From a virus, in IMG/VR virus record IMGVR_UViG_3300019889_000011: DNA of 64,000 nucleotides. The stretch is one strand, 5' to 3'. A program made the position numbers and the translations under genes. The notes below the pieces were generated by a model. The model ran no database searches. It was not told where the DNA came from and saw nothing but the letters and a program-made list of their open reading frames with translations. Positions 18,243 to 27,249 of this stretch are shown one piece after another. How positions within the stretch are numbered: the stretch's first letter is position 1; every line of letters begins with the position of its first letter.

Positions 18243-18804
18243 CCTATTCGACGATCCAAATCTTCAGTCCTACCTCACGCGCGCCGAAAGAGAGATGCTT
18301 CCAATGATGGAAAAATCAGCCATTGCGATCACGCTGGTGACCGGCTCAGTTGATGTAAAAATATGCCTCGAAATTGGTGCCGCCATCATGCTCGACAAGC
18401 CCATCATCGCAGTGATCTCCGAAGGCGCAAAAGTGCCGGCGAATCTGAAGCGAGTCGCCAACGTGATCGTCGAAGGCAACATGAAGGATGCGGCTACGCT
18501 CGCGAAACTTCAACAAGCTATATCGAACATAATGGCGCAGGATCCGCGCGCCCCGAAGTACTGGCAGCATGAGACCACCGGCGTCTTATACCCGGTCGTC
18601 ATGGCATATCTGACCGGCAAGGATATGAACGCTGAGCAGGTAGCCACTATGCGCGCCTATCTTCGGCAGTGGATTCAATCGCCGGTATGGTATGGCGGTG
18701 AGGAGCTGCGCAAGCTACGGGCCAGCATCGACGTGATCCAGACACGCGATGACATCGAGGCTTGGCTGTGTGCGGCGCTCGATGAAGGGTTCGATCCGCT
18801 ATGA
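18232..18804 (+). CDS. Hypothetical protein
   Basis: ORF with ATG at 18232. A weak resemblance to a Rossmann-like nucleoside-transferase fold is not supported further. Confidence 0.35.
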   Translation: MKSDLFDDPNLQSYLTRAEREMLPMMEKSAIAITLVTGSVDVKICLEIGAAIMLDKPIIAVISEGAKVPANLKRVANVIVEGNMKDAATLAKLQQAISNIMAQDPRAPKYWQHETTGVLYPVVMAYLTGKDMNAEQVATMRAYLRQWIQSPVWYGGEELRKLRASIDVIQTRDDIEAWLCAALDEGFDPL

Positions 18805-18968
18805 CCATGTATCAACTCACGATCTGCACCGATATATTCCTCTTCGTGTCGCTAGTCTTCAATCTCCTCACTCTGTTGTCGACCCGGAGGACGCGACGAA
18901 TCCTGAAAGAAATAATCGAACTGCGGCAAAAGCAAGAGGACCTGCTTCGAAGTCGGGGTCTGATATGA
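18801..18968 (+). CDS. Small TM protein (55 aa) in AT-richer segment
   Basis: Hydrophobic ICTDIFLFVSLVFNLLTLL followed by RRTRR. Confidence 0.3.
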   Translation: MTMYQLTICTDIFLFVSLVFNLLTLLSTRRTRRILKEIIELRQKQEDLLRSRGLI

Positions 18969-19633
18969 ATTGCAGCCGCCCTCCACTTCCTGTTTTGCTA
19001 CATGCTTTGAGGCCGGTCGTGCGTCAGGCCATGCTCAAAGAGTTCACGCCGGACTGCTGCATCGCGACGTGCCGCGTGCTGCATCAGGTCTTCGAGAGCT
19101 TCGGCTATTACGCAGACGCGGTTCCAGTGGACGTCTACATCTTCAATGCGCCGATGGCCGCGTTACTGAGGGACGGCGTAGAGATCCCAACGGACGACCC
19201 TGTTGCACGGAGAAAGCTGTTTGACGCGACTGGTGCATGGGGCGTCGGCATCACGCGATTGAGCGCGGACGTTGGCGCGCCCGTCGTCGGCGGGAGATAC
19301 GGTGGCCATCTGGTGCTGCGAGTCATGAACACGCTGATCGACGCTTCGCTGCAACAGGCCGACCGGCCTCAGTACGGTATCGCCCTCCCATCGCTGATTG
19401 CGTTCTCCCCAGACGTGCAAGCCTTCTTCACGCAGAAGCGAACGGGCGATAAGCGTTGCGGCATTTCGGTAAACCGCTGCGAGATCATCTACCAGCGCAT
19501 GAAGGACTACAGCTTTCGTCGATCACCCGACTGGCTGCGAAGCGGCTCACCATATACCGATGTGATTCGTAGCATCGTCATGCAGGCTGAGAACCGGTTG
19601 AACCACCACGCGGAGGAGAGAGCCTATGGCTGA
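18965..19633 (+). CDS. Hypothetical protein
   Basis: ORF only. Confidence 0.35.
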   Translation: MNCSRPPLPVLLHALRPVVRQAMLKEFTPDCCIATCRVLHQVFESFGYYADAVPVDVYIFNAPMAALLRDGVEIPTDDPVARRKLFDATGAWGVGITRLSADVGAPVVGGRYGGHLVLRVMNTLIDASLQQADRPQYGIALPSLIAFSPDVQAFFTQKRTGDKRCGISVNRCEIIYQRMKDYSFRRSPDWLRSGSPYTDVIRSIVMQAENRLNHHAEERAYG

Positions 19634-19940
19634 TTTTTGGGTGAATGGAATTGTGTCGAACGTAGACGGTCTGCCAAAGATTCAACTCTCAAACGAGAAC
19701 GGTATCTTCGCGCAGCTCTCGATGGGCGAAGCCCGGAGCATCGCGCACAACATCATGCTAATGGCTGCGCGAACAGAGGCCGACGCGCTGATATTGAACT
19801 TTTGCAGGAAGCTAGATTCGGGCGAACGAGGCGATCAGATGGCGGCTGTCATGATGCAGGAGTTCCGAGACTTCCGCGCCAAGATAGACGACGAGATTGT
19901 GGAGTCTGGCTACGACAAGCCACCCGGAGAGGAGCAGTGA
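19626..19940 (+). CDS. Hypothetical protein
   Basis: ORF only. Confidence 0.3.
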   Translation: MADFWVNGIVSNVDGLPKIQLSNENGIFAQLSMGEARSIAHNIMLMAARTEADALILNFCRKLDSGERGDQMAAVMMQEFRDFRAKIDDEIVESGYDKPPGEEQ

Positions 19941-20263
19941 TGCAGGTGACATGGTTTGGGAAGCAGTATGACGCTCCAATCTACTACGACACGACACAGG
20001 CACCGACGCCGGTCGACGTTGCGTGCATGTATTGCGACGAGCTGATCCTGATGGGAGAGGACGGCTTCTTGGATAGTGGCTCCAACCCGTTTCATCGCGA
20101 GTGCTGGGTGAGGATGCTTATCGGTTCTGTCGCACATCAGCGCCACCTCTGCACCTGCTATATGCCCGAGGGTGCCGCGCAACCACACGAGCCGGAGGGC
20201 TTGAGCCGACGACAGACCGCGAAGCTCGCCGTGGCCTACCACGAAGGCACAATCGAGGATTAG
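19940..20263 (+). CDS. Hypothetical Cys/His-containing protein
   Basis: ORF; coupled to the upstream gene. Confidence 0.3.
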   Translation: MQVTWFGKQYDAPIYYDTTQAPTPVDVACMYCDELILMGEDGFLDSGSNPFHRECWVRMLIGSVAHQRHLCTCYMPEGAAQPHEPEGLSRRQTAKLAVAYHEGTIED

Positions 20264-20277
20264 GAGAGGGAGAAGGG

Positions 20278-20604
20278 ATGCAATCACTGATTGTTGCACC
20301 GCATAACGGCAAGTCGGTTGTCATTGTCGTCTTTCATGGCGACGCTCTGGACCGCATGAGCAAGAGCGATCCCGCCATTGTCGAGGGAGTCTTTCTCGCC
20401 CAGCTACGGCGGCTCCCTGCTGCCAACGACACCGTGTATCTACCGCTCACAGATTTCATGTTTTGCTATGAACCGGATCAGGAAGCGTTCGAATCCAAAT
20501 GCCGGGAACTACGCGACCCCAAAGCGATTCTGCAATGGCTTGGCCGGGGATGGGAGAATCGACCGGAGGAGCGCGACACAGTCATCAAGGGCACCGATAT
20601 CTAG
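20278..20604 (+). CDS. Hypothetical protein
   Basis: SD GGAGAGGGAGAAGGG upstream of ATG. Confidence 0.35.
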   Translation: MQSLIVAPHNGKSVVIVVFHGDALDRMSKSDPAIVEGVFLAQLRRLPAANDTVYLPLTDFMFCYEPDQEAFESKCRELRDPKAILQWLGRGWENRPEERDTVIKGTDI

Positions 20605-20657
20605 CCGAAGTGCTATGGTGTCCCACACAGCGGCAACCAGCGCGCAGGAGAAACTAC

Positions 20658-21236
20658 ATGGCAACGCTCTATAGAGCAGACGGAACCATCGAAACAATTC
20701 AACCAGCCAATGGCATCAACTTCAGCCTCGGGGAGTTGCAGACGCTCGTCGGCGGCTACATCGAGATCGTTCGCACGAAGGACGGTCAATTTTTAGTCTG
20801 CGACGAAAACGGCAAGGTCAGCGAGCAGCCCAAACACATCAACCTTCTGGCGACGCACATGTATCGGTACGGCGCGCACGATCCAATCGTCGGCGACGCG
20901 CTGGTTGGAACTCTCCTTGAGGTCGACGGGCCACCGGATGTGGAAGAGGAGGAGTTGACCGAGCTGCAATACACGGTGCCTGTGAAGGGTGAGAGTTTCC
21001 GTCTCTACATCTTTGGCGATGACGGTATGCACTCAGGTGGTCAATGGTTCCGGCGAATGCCGGTCTATCCCGACGAGGAGATCACGGTCCACGAGGCCAA
21101 GACTCGCGCAGAGGCTGCGATCGCGGCTGGCTCTGAGATCCGCATCACCGATGGCGGCGACATGCTGGTCTACCACTTCAAGGGCGGCAAGCAGCTGTAT
21201 CCGGCTGGCACGGCAGACGTGTGGGAGGCCATGTGA
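20658..21236 (+). CDS. DUF3846-like protein
   Basis: N-terminus MATLYRADGTIETIQPANGINFSLGELQTLVGGYIEIV resembles the DUF3846 signature common in phage and plasmid accessory genes. Confidence 0.4.
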   Translation: MATLYRADGTIETIQPANGINFSLGELQTLVGGYIEIVRTKDGQFLVCDENGKVSEQPKHINLLATHMYRYGAHDPIVGDALVGTLLEVDGPPDVEEEELTELQYTVPVKGESFRLYIFGDDGMHSGGQWFRRMPVYPDEEITVHEAKTRAEAAIAAGSEIRITDGGDMLVYHFKGGKQLYPAGTADVWEAM

Positions 21237-21435
21237 GCATAAGGGCGCGCGATCTAATTGGTCGCAAGATCATCGCTGTAGACCTGCGCAGGTTTCATAC
21301 CGGTAGGCACGACGCTCCGTGGTCCACCGACCCCATCCTTACTTTGGACAATGGGCGCAAGCTCTACTTCTCCACTCAAGAGACAGAGGTCGGTGAATAT
21401 GGCGTCGAACTCTGTCTTACAGATCGGAATTCCAA

Positions 21436-22023
21436 ATGACCGGGATGCAAGAGCGCATGATCGCCCACATGCAAGGGATGAAGGCGCTCAGGGAAACCAT
21501 GAAGATCTCCGACCAGTTCGTCTACAAGGGCATCGAGCACTTCCTGCTGGAACACGGCAGGTGGTACGAGGTGACGCCGTGGCGCGGTAAGTATAAGCAG
21601 GGCGCTCCCAAGAACTGCTTCGCCAACGCCATGCTGCTTGGCGCGCAGAAGGGTTTGCGCTATGTCGAAGGTCTCGCATTTGCGGACATAAAGATCGAAC
21701 TGCCCATCCACCACGGCTGGAACATCGATGAGCACGACAACGTGATCGACAACACGTGGCTCAATACCGGGCTGGTCTACTTCGGTGTCGAGTTTTCCGT
21801 TGGACGAGCAGATGACGCGATCTGGAACGGCGACAGCACAGTGCTCGACGACTACCGGCGCAGGCATCCGCTGTTTCGCGAGCCATGGCGCGGGGAGGAC
21901 TATTCGCTCAAGTGGGAGGAAAGCGAAGGACTCAGGCTCTTGCGGCGTATGGACAAGGGCGAGTCCCCAAAGCGGCTTCTCGGCGAGGTCGAGCAACTGA
22001 GAAAGGAACACGCGGGGAAATGA
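21436..22023 (+). CDS. Hypothetical protein
   Basis: ORF only. Confidence 0.35.
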   Translation: MTGMQERMIAHMQGMKALRETMKISDQFVYKGIEHFLLEHGRWYEVTPWRGKYKQGAPKNCFANAMLLGAQKGLRYVEGLAFADIKIELPIHHGWNIDEHDNVIDNTWLNTGLVYFGVEFSVGRADDAIWNGDSTVLDDYRRRHPLFREPWRGEDYSLKWEESEGLRLLRRMDKGESPKRLLGEVEQLRKEHAGK

Positions 22024-22559
22024 CGAACGTTGATATCAGCACACTCATGCAGCTTGAAATGGCCGCAGCCATCGAGCAGAAGCGAAAGCTCGGGACGGGT
22101 GACGACAATTTCAGGATGAGCATCAAAATCGTCGGTCCCGGAGGATCGGTTGCAGATGTTCCGCTGCAATGGTCGAGCATGCAGGACAAGTATCTGAAAA
22201 TGGGAATCCTCTCGCATCTCTGTGAACACGTGTCGGCGGTGGCTGCCGTAGTTACATCGGACGTTCGCCGTCTGAACTCGAAGGCGTTCTGCTCGCGCTT
22301 CAAGCTCGACTATGCCGACAGCGCGATGTTCAAAAAGGAATACGACCGGATCATGGCCGACTACAACCACGAGATGGTCAACCTGCCGCGTGAGACGTGG
22401 GAGGAATCATTGTTTGTCGTTGCATACGGACCCCGCACGAAAAAGATGCTGGTGGCTCCCTATGCGGTGGTTGGCGGTGGCTTCATGTTTGAACGGCCAG
22501 AATTCGCAAACGAGGATGCGGAACTGGAGGTCGGGTTGATACCGGCTTGGTGGGTTTGA
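22020..22559 (+). CDS. Hypothetical protein
   Basis: ORF only. Confidence 0.35.
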   Translation: MTNVDISTLMQLEMAAAIEQKRKLGTGDDNFRMSIKIVGPGGSVADVPLQWSSMQDKYLKMGILSHLCEHVSAVAAVVTSDVRRLNSKAFCSRFKLDYADSAMFKKEYDRIMADYNHEMVNLPRETWEESLFVVAYGPRTKKMLVAPYAVVGGGFMFERPEFANEDAELEVGLIPAWWV

Positions 22560-22642
22560 GGGTAGCCAACCGCGCCGACACGTGGCCGCTGGTGGCGCTC
22601 ACGCTGGAGGATGCGCCTAATTCCCCGCCCCACCAACGACGA

Positions 22643-22670
22643 CGCCCCCACGAGGCTGTGGGGGCGTTTG
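22643..22670 (+). terminator. Rho-independent terminator at end of plus-strand early arm
   Basis: CGCCCCCAC-GAGGCT-GTGGGGGCG hairpin followed by TTTG. Confidence 0.5.
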
Positions 22671-22702
22671 GCTGTCTGCTTCAGGGTTCGGGCGGGATTA
22701 GT

Positions 22703-23080
22703 TCACAGTTCGCCCGCGACCAAGTGAAGCTCTGTTTTCGTGTGTCCTTTTTGGTCTTGGACCTGTACCATCAGGCCGCCGTAACCAGTGCCTATGCGAT
22801 AGGCCTGAAACTCCATGCCGACGGTCAGATCGATATTGCGTGCGTTGGTTGCTGGTGCCGCCGTGACGATCAGCGTTATCCTTCGGAGGTTGGGGTTGGA
22901 GTTCTCGGGGTCGAGCATCTCGACCGTCACTGTAGGAATACGGTCGCCCCTGAGCCCCCTCGTATAGCCGCTTTCGACCACCTTGCCACCCATCCAAATA
23001 TGGTCGGCAGCGCGAAGGCTCGACACGGCGAACAGCGTGAACAGCAGAGTTGCAATCGTGGAACTGAGTAGCTTCTTCAT
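22703..23080 (-). CDS. Secreted small protein (signal peptide), moron candidate
   Basis: MKKLLSSTIATLLFTLFAVSSLRAAD signal peptide. The conserved leader motif precedes ATG 23080. Confidence 0.5.
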   Translation of the reverse strand: MKKLLSSTIATLLFTLFAVSSLRAADHIWMGGKVVESGYTRGLRGDRIPTVTVEMLDPENSNPNLRRITLIVTAAPATNARNIDLTVGMEFQAYRIGTGYGGLMVQVQDQKGHTKTELHLVAGEL

Positions 23081-23298
23081 TTTGAATCTCCTGCGGCGGG
23101 TGCCGCTGTGACTGGTGCCGGTTTCGATGTGCAATACGGTGTGTGGGCGCGTAACTCACGAGCGCCGAACGACCGTTCGCAATATGGGCACGGACGCTCT
23201 ACCTTCGGGCGCGATGGCACCTCTGCCCGTTTGCGCCTCAGCCACTCCAGCGCATAGGGCTCAAGCTCCTCGGTGGTGAACTTCTCCAGCGACTTCAT
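23077..23298 (-). CDS. C2HC zinc-finger protein (single finger)
   Basis: CPYCERSFGARELRAHTPYC, the same finger type as the three repeats in 54767-55213. Confidence 0.45.
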   Translation of the reverse strand: MKSLEKFTTEELEPYALEWLRRKRAEVPSRPKVERPCPYCERSFGARELRAHTPYCTSKPAPVTAAPAAGDSK

Positions 23299-23837
23299 CG
23301 CGCGCCGCCGACGGTCTCAGTCAGCCGCGCCAGCTTGACTACTTCGCCATGCAGTGCCGGGTGGCTCAGCCTTACCGTCCCCATGATTGCCAAGCCTTCG
23401 ATAAGGAACTTCATGCTCTTCCAGAGCACAGCGTCGACCGTGATTGTTGCTGCCTGCGCCTCTGTGGTGTCTGACTGCGTCATCGTGTTTCTCCCTGCGG
23501 TTGGTGCCGCTGTTGTTGTGCGTGCTTCTAACTTCGCTATGACTTCGTCTAGCTCGTCGAGCGCGTTACCGATAGCAGGTGCCGGAAGGTTCCAGCTGCT
23601 GACCGGTGCCGTCGCCAGCACGGTCTCTACAAGGTTCGCGACGACCCTTGCTTCAAGTGCTTGGATCGCTTCCTTTTTCGTGAAGCCGAGGACGCACTGT
23701 GAGAAGTGCTTTCCGCTGACCTGCTCATACCACCATCCATTCTCGGGGTCGCGGTAGATGGTGTGTTGCCGCTCGCCGATGGTTACGGTGTACTCGCCGG
23801 TGGTGCTGAAGTCTGCGTTGCGTTTCGTCGTCGTCAT
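23295..23837 (-). CDS. Hypothetical protein; may be two in-frame genes
   Basis: Continuous 180-aa ORF. The conserved leader motif occurs upstream of ATG 23837 and again in-frame upstream of internal Met 23483. Confidence 0.4.
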   Translation of the reverse strand: MTTTKRNADFSTTGEYTVTIGERQHTIYRDPENGWWYEQVSGKHFSQCVLGFTKKEAIQALEARVVANLVETVLATAPVSSWNLPAPAIGNALDELDEVIAKLEARTTTAAPTAGRNTMTQSDTTEAQAATITVDAVLWKSMKFLIEGLAIMGTVRLSHPALHGEVVKLARLTETVGGAR

Positions 23838-23877
23838 TGTGTTTCTCCTGCGGCTGGTGACCGCTTTGGGTTGAGGG

Positions 23878-24048
23878 TTAGTTTGCTAGGAAGGTCTTCG
23901 TTACGTGCCAGTCTTGCGCGTTGCCGGTGTTGTTGTCGTTGTAGACCCGCACCGTGTTCTCGATCACTTCGCATACCACGCCTGTCTCGCCGTATACGTT
24001 TCTAACTTTGTCGCCTGCTTTGAAGGTGGTCCGTGTCGTCGTGGTCAT
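23878..24048 (-). CDS. Small hypothetical protein (56 aa)
   Basis: Translated by hand as MTTTTRTTFKAGDKVRNVYGETGVVCEVIENTVRVYNDNNTGNAQDWHVTKTFLAN. The conserved leader precedes ATG 24048. Confidence 0.4.
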   Translation of the reverse strand: MTTTTRTTFKAGDKVRNVYGETGVVCEVIENTVRVYNDNNTGNAQDWHVTKTFLAN

Positions 24049-24316
24049 CGGTATGGCTCCTGCGGCTGGTAGCCGCTTGGTACGCTGTCCAGCGTAGACA
24101 CATTACTCTAACGTGTACAGTTCTATTTTCAGGAATCGACCGGGCCGGGAGGCGAACAAGAAATGTCGGCTTTTTGTGTTCGGGACATTCCGGGAGGGTT
24201 GGTATAGGCGGGGTCAGCGGGGGATGGCGGGTGGCCCTTGGCTCAGGATTGGCTGAACTTCGCGCCACGTTGCCCTGTGTGGCCTCGGCGCGCCCCGGGT
24301 GGGGGAAACGGGCGCG

Positions 24317-24388
24317 GTCAGGAACCCGGCGCGCCCACGGCCAACAGCGGCAATCCGTCAGGAACATGTCAGGAACCGCGTCAGGAAC
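24317..24388 (+). repeat. Arm-type direct repeats (4 x GTCAGGAAC), left of att core
   Basis: Copies at 24317, 24357, 24368 and 24380; the last three are spaced 11-12 bp apart. Confidence 0.55.
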
Positions 24389-24560
24389 CGGAAAAGAATT
24401 TATTGAATTTATGGACGCATAAGAAGCATTTTACTGGGCCAAAACGTGACGACGCGGAGCGTGTAAATCCTAACGTTTCAAAGAGTTGTGGCGTATCTCA
24501 TGGAAAAGAAAACACGTTAGCCTGTTTTTTGCTAAGTCTATGAAAACTCGTCGCAAGGTT

Positions 24561-24607
24561 GGCTACGAACCAGTAGGTCGGGTGTTCGAATCACTCCGGG
24601 CGCACCA
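24561..24607 (+). tRNA. 3' portion of tRNA-Arg(ACG): anticodon loop through CCA. This is the att core, with no 5' half present.
   Basis: GGCTACGAACC anticodon region (anticodon ACG), T-arm GGGTG-TTCGAAT-CACTC, acceptor 3' strand CGGGCGC, discriminator A, then CCA. Near-identical to the same segment of E. coli tRNA-Arg(ACG) as recalled from memory. No matching 5' acceptor strand (GCGCCCG) or D-arm is present upstream. Confidence 0.6.
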
Positions 24608-24677
24608 TACAAACCCCACAAAACACAATACTTAGAGGCTTCCGGCCCTTCCCCCAGAAAGGCCGAAAACCCCAAAT

Positions 24678-24746
24678 GTCAGGAACCGGTCAGCAACCGG
24701 GTTTCGGAAAAAGCAAGGTTCGCGGTAAGCAAACCGCGTCAGCAAC
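24678..24746 (+). repeat. Arm-type direct repeats (GTCAGGAAC, 2 x GTCAGCAAC), right of att core
   Basis: Copies at 24678, 24689 and 24738, in the same orientation as the left-arm copies. Confidence 0.5.
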
Positions 24747-24763
24747 CGCGAGGACTGGCCGGG

Positions 24764-26086
24764 TCATCGCCCCGCCTTGCCCTCGCCGTCCTGCCGGAAC
24801 ATCTTCTCCAGCTCCGCGACGTCCCTTTGCGCCGCCTCCTCAGCCGCTGAGCGCGCCGCCAGCACCTTGTGCCCGTCCGCGATGAAGGCTTCCATAGTGG
24901 ACGGAATGACGCTGCGCACCCCGGGCATGAAGTGCGAATACTTGTCCATCGTGGTCGCGATACGGGAGTGGCCCAGCTGCTCCTGCACCAGCTTGGGGTG
25001 GACCGCCGCCGCCAACTGCGCCGAGGCGAAGGCGTGGCGCAGGCTGTGCAGATGAATCGAGGCGGGCAAGCCAGCCGCCGCGCGCAGCTCGGCGAAGACG
25101 GAGGTCGTGGTATCGGGATGGAAGTTGTCGCCGTAGGTCGACGCGAACACAAAGTCCTGTTCGTTCCACCGCCCACCCGCCTTCGTCCGTTGCGCCCGCT
25201 GTAGCTCTGCCTGCTGGACCAGAGCGTCCAGAACCAACGGCGAGATTTCAATGTCCCGCCTCGACTTCGATCCGGTCTTGAGCGCAGCCATCCGCGACCC
25301 GGCCCCGGAGAAACGCTTGGTCGGTTGCACCTTGAGCCGTTTGACCCGTACCCTCTGGATTTCATTGCGCACGCTGATCCACCCTCCAGTCAGATCCACG
25401 TCCTGCCAGCGCAACGCCACCACCTCGCCGCGCCGCAGTCCCGACATCATGCTCACGATGATGAAGGTCCGCCACTTGCTATTTTCTATGCTGCGCAACA
25501 GGTGGGCGCTCTGCTCAGCGTTCAGGGGAACGAACTGCGCATGCTCTTCGCGCACCGCCTTGCCGTCGTTGGTCTTGACCAGCTTGGCGACGTTTCGTTC
25601 CAGCAGGCCATCGCGCACCGCCGATTCCAGCATGGTCGAGATGGTCTCGTGGATGGCCTTGATGGAGCGGCGGCTGTAAGGCTTGCCAAGCCTGCTGTTC
25701 ATCTCGCGCTTGTCGTTGAGCATCTTGCGGATGTGGTCTGGCCGCAGGTCGTTCAGCCGAACCTTTCCAATGGCCGGGATGATATGCAGCCGGGTCGGAC
25801 CCTCGTAGTACTCGAAGGTGTTCGGCTGGTCCTTGACCGCGACGATCTCGCGCAGCCAGCTGTCAGCATGCATCGCCACGGTCAACTTCGCTGGCGCAAC
25901 CGCAATTCCCTTCCGCGTGTTTTCATTCTGCTGATCGAGCCATCGCTTGGCGTCGCCTTTGAGTTCGCAGGTCTTCGACCTCCGATCCAGCTTGCCATCG
26001 GGCTTGCGACCCACAATTATCTCTGCGCGCCAACCGCGCCCCTCAACAAAAAATATGCTGCCTTCACCGTTTCCCCTTTTTCCCAT
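24764..26086 (-). CDS. int: Tyrosine site-specific integrase
   Basis: C-terminal catalytic region LHSLRHAFAS (HxLRH) ... LGHSRIATTMDKYSH (catalytic Tyr), with an N-terminal SAM-like/core-binding domain. Confidence 0.9.
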   Translation of the reverse strand: MGKRGNGEGSIFFVEGRGWRAEIIVGRKPDGKLDRRSKTCELKGDAKRWLDQQNENTRKGIAVAPAKLTVAMHADSWLREIVAVKDQPNTFEYYEGPTRLHIIPAIGKVRLNDLRPDHIRKMLNDKREMNSRLGKPYSRRSIKAIHETISTMLESAVRDGLLERNVAKLVKTNDGKAVREEHAQFVPLNAEQSAHLLRSIENSKWRTFIIVSMMSGLRRGEVVALRWQDVDLTGGWISVRNEIQRVRVKRLKVQPTKRFSGAGSRMAALKTGSKSRRDIEISPLVLDALVQQAELQRAQRTKAGGRWNEQDFVFASTYGDNFHPDTTTSVFAELRAAAGLPASIHLHSLRHAFASAQLAAAVHPKLVQEQLGHSRIATTMDKYSHFMPGVRSVIPSTMEAFIADGHKVLAARSAAEEAAQRDVAELEKMFRQDGEGKAGR

Positions 26087-26271
26087 GCTTCTATCCTTTC
26101 TAATGCTTCTTCAAAACTTTCCACATACTGAACGAAAAATCCGCTTCTGCCCTATGTCATATAAGTGACATTATGATAAGCAGTGGAAGCATAGCACGTA
26201 TAAGAAGCATTGGAGACATTGCAATCCTCCGTGCTCCCGTATTTAGGCCCCATGAAAGGAAGAGCTTTTCG

Positions 26272-26496
26272 ATGACCAGAAAGAAACCATCCACAGCAGT
26301 AGAAGCCCCGCCTGACGATGATCTTCTGCGCATGCGGGATGTGGCAGACATCCTCCATTGCAGCCTCGCGCATTGCTACAACCTCGCGAATAGTGGTCGG
26401 ATTCCAGCACTCCGCGAAGGAGGCATGATCCGCACACCACGCTCGCAACTCATGGCGTGGATCAAGAACAAATCTGTTGAGGTTCACGCAGCTTAG
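26272..26496 (+). CDS. xis: Excisionase / AlpA-like HTH DNA-binding protein
   Basis: LLRMRDVADILHCSLAHCYNLANSGRIPALREGGMIRTPRSQLMAWI is a typical excisionase-family HTH. It is divergent from int. Confidence 0.55.
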   Translation: MTRKKPSTAVEAPPDDDLLRMRDVADILHCSLAHCYNLANSGRIPALREGGMIRTPRSQLMAWIKNKSVEVHAA

Positions 26497-26736
26497 CAGT
26501 ACGGAAGGAACACAGATCTAGACAAGGAGGGTGGGACGATAATCAGAAGACCAGCGATTTTAGAAACTGAGCCAAACGCAGACGGCATGCCTGCACGACA
26601 TATATGCCGCAACGAGACGCTTCAATTTACAAACCCTTTTCCCAAGCCTGCTACAACCGGGGGAAGGCACGCGAGGAAGAACTAAAAGAAAGTTCCCCGA
26701 CGTGCCCCAGCCCCGCCCGCGATATCCCCCCGCCGC

Positions 26737-27249
26737 TTACTTCTTCAGCACCAAAACAATCGTGATCAGCGAACCGACGAGGCCCACCAGCCCCAGAAGG
26801 ATCACCCACCCTGCCTGCATTCCATCGGCCTTGCCCGAGGTTCGGTCCCTGTACGTCTGCATCGCATCCATCTGATCATTGATCAGCTTGGTATTCATGT
26901 CCACCTTGTCGTATAGCGCAAGAATAGCCCGGTCAAACTCTGGACGAGGAAGAAACGTTGCATTTTGATCCGTCAGCGTTCCGCGAAACTCGTTGACTGC
27001 ATCGAAACGCTTCTCTGATGCCAGCTCGGCTTTGATGACGGCACGCTCGGCGGCGCTCAGTGCTGCGGAGACCGCCTTCTCCTGTGCGTGGAACGCGGCC
27101 TCTATGGCCTTCTCCTGCGCGTGGAACTGTTGCTGGTAGGAGCGGTCGCGCTCGTCCATCACGCGCATGATCCACTGGTCAGCTGTGGAGACGGTCGACC
27201 CGGTGCCGGGTGTCTCGGTGGTGGCATTGCCAGTCGGATTGCTCATCAA
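26737..27249 (-). CDS. Tail-anchored coiled-coil membrane protein (C-terminal TM)
   Basis: FHAQEKA repeats and a C-terminal WVILLGLVGLVGSLITIVLVLKK. Function unknown. Confidence 0.4.
   Translation of the reverse strand: MMSNPTGNATTETPGTGSTVSTADQWIMRVMDERDRSYQQQFHAQEKAIEAAFHAQEKAVSAALSAAERAVIKAELASEKRFDAVNEFRGTLTDQNATFLPRPEFDRAILALYDKVDMNTKLINDQMDAMQTYRDRTSGKADGMQAGWVILLGLVGLVGSLITIVLVLKK

Larger units (their letters stand above)
1..24607. mobile_element. Prophage element A (right arm): early/replication genes, morons and an att-core at its right end
   Basis: Phage replication genes, a terminator, a moron cassette, then arm repeats and the tRNA 3' core. Confidence 0.5.

Noticed and set aside
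24541-24607. Complete tRNA-Arg gene
   Set aside because: Only anticodon loop to CCA is present. No D-arm or 5' acceptor strand upstream, so it is called an att-core fragment rather than a gene.
24739-26131. Several Arg/Pro-rich ORFs on both strands overlapping the integrase (e.g. 24739-25365, 24840-25169, 25325-26131)
   Set aside because: Shadow frames of the integrase CDS, which has unambiguous catalytic motifs.
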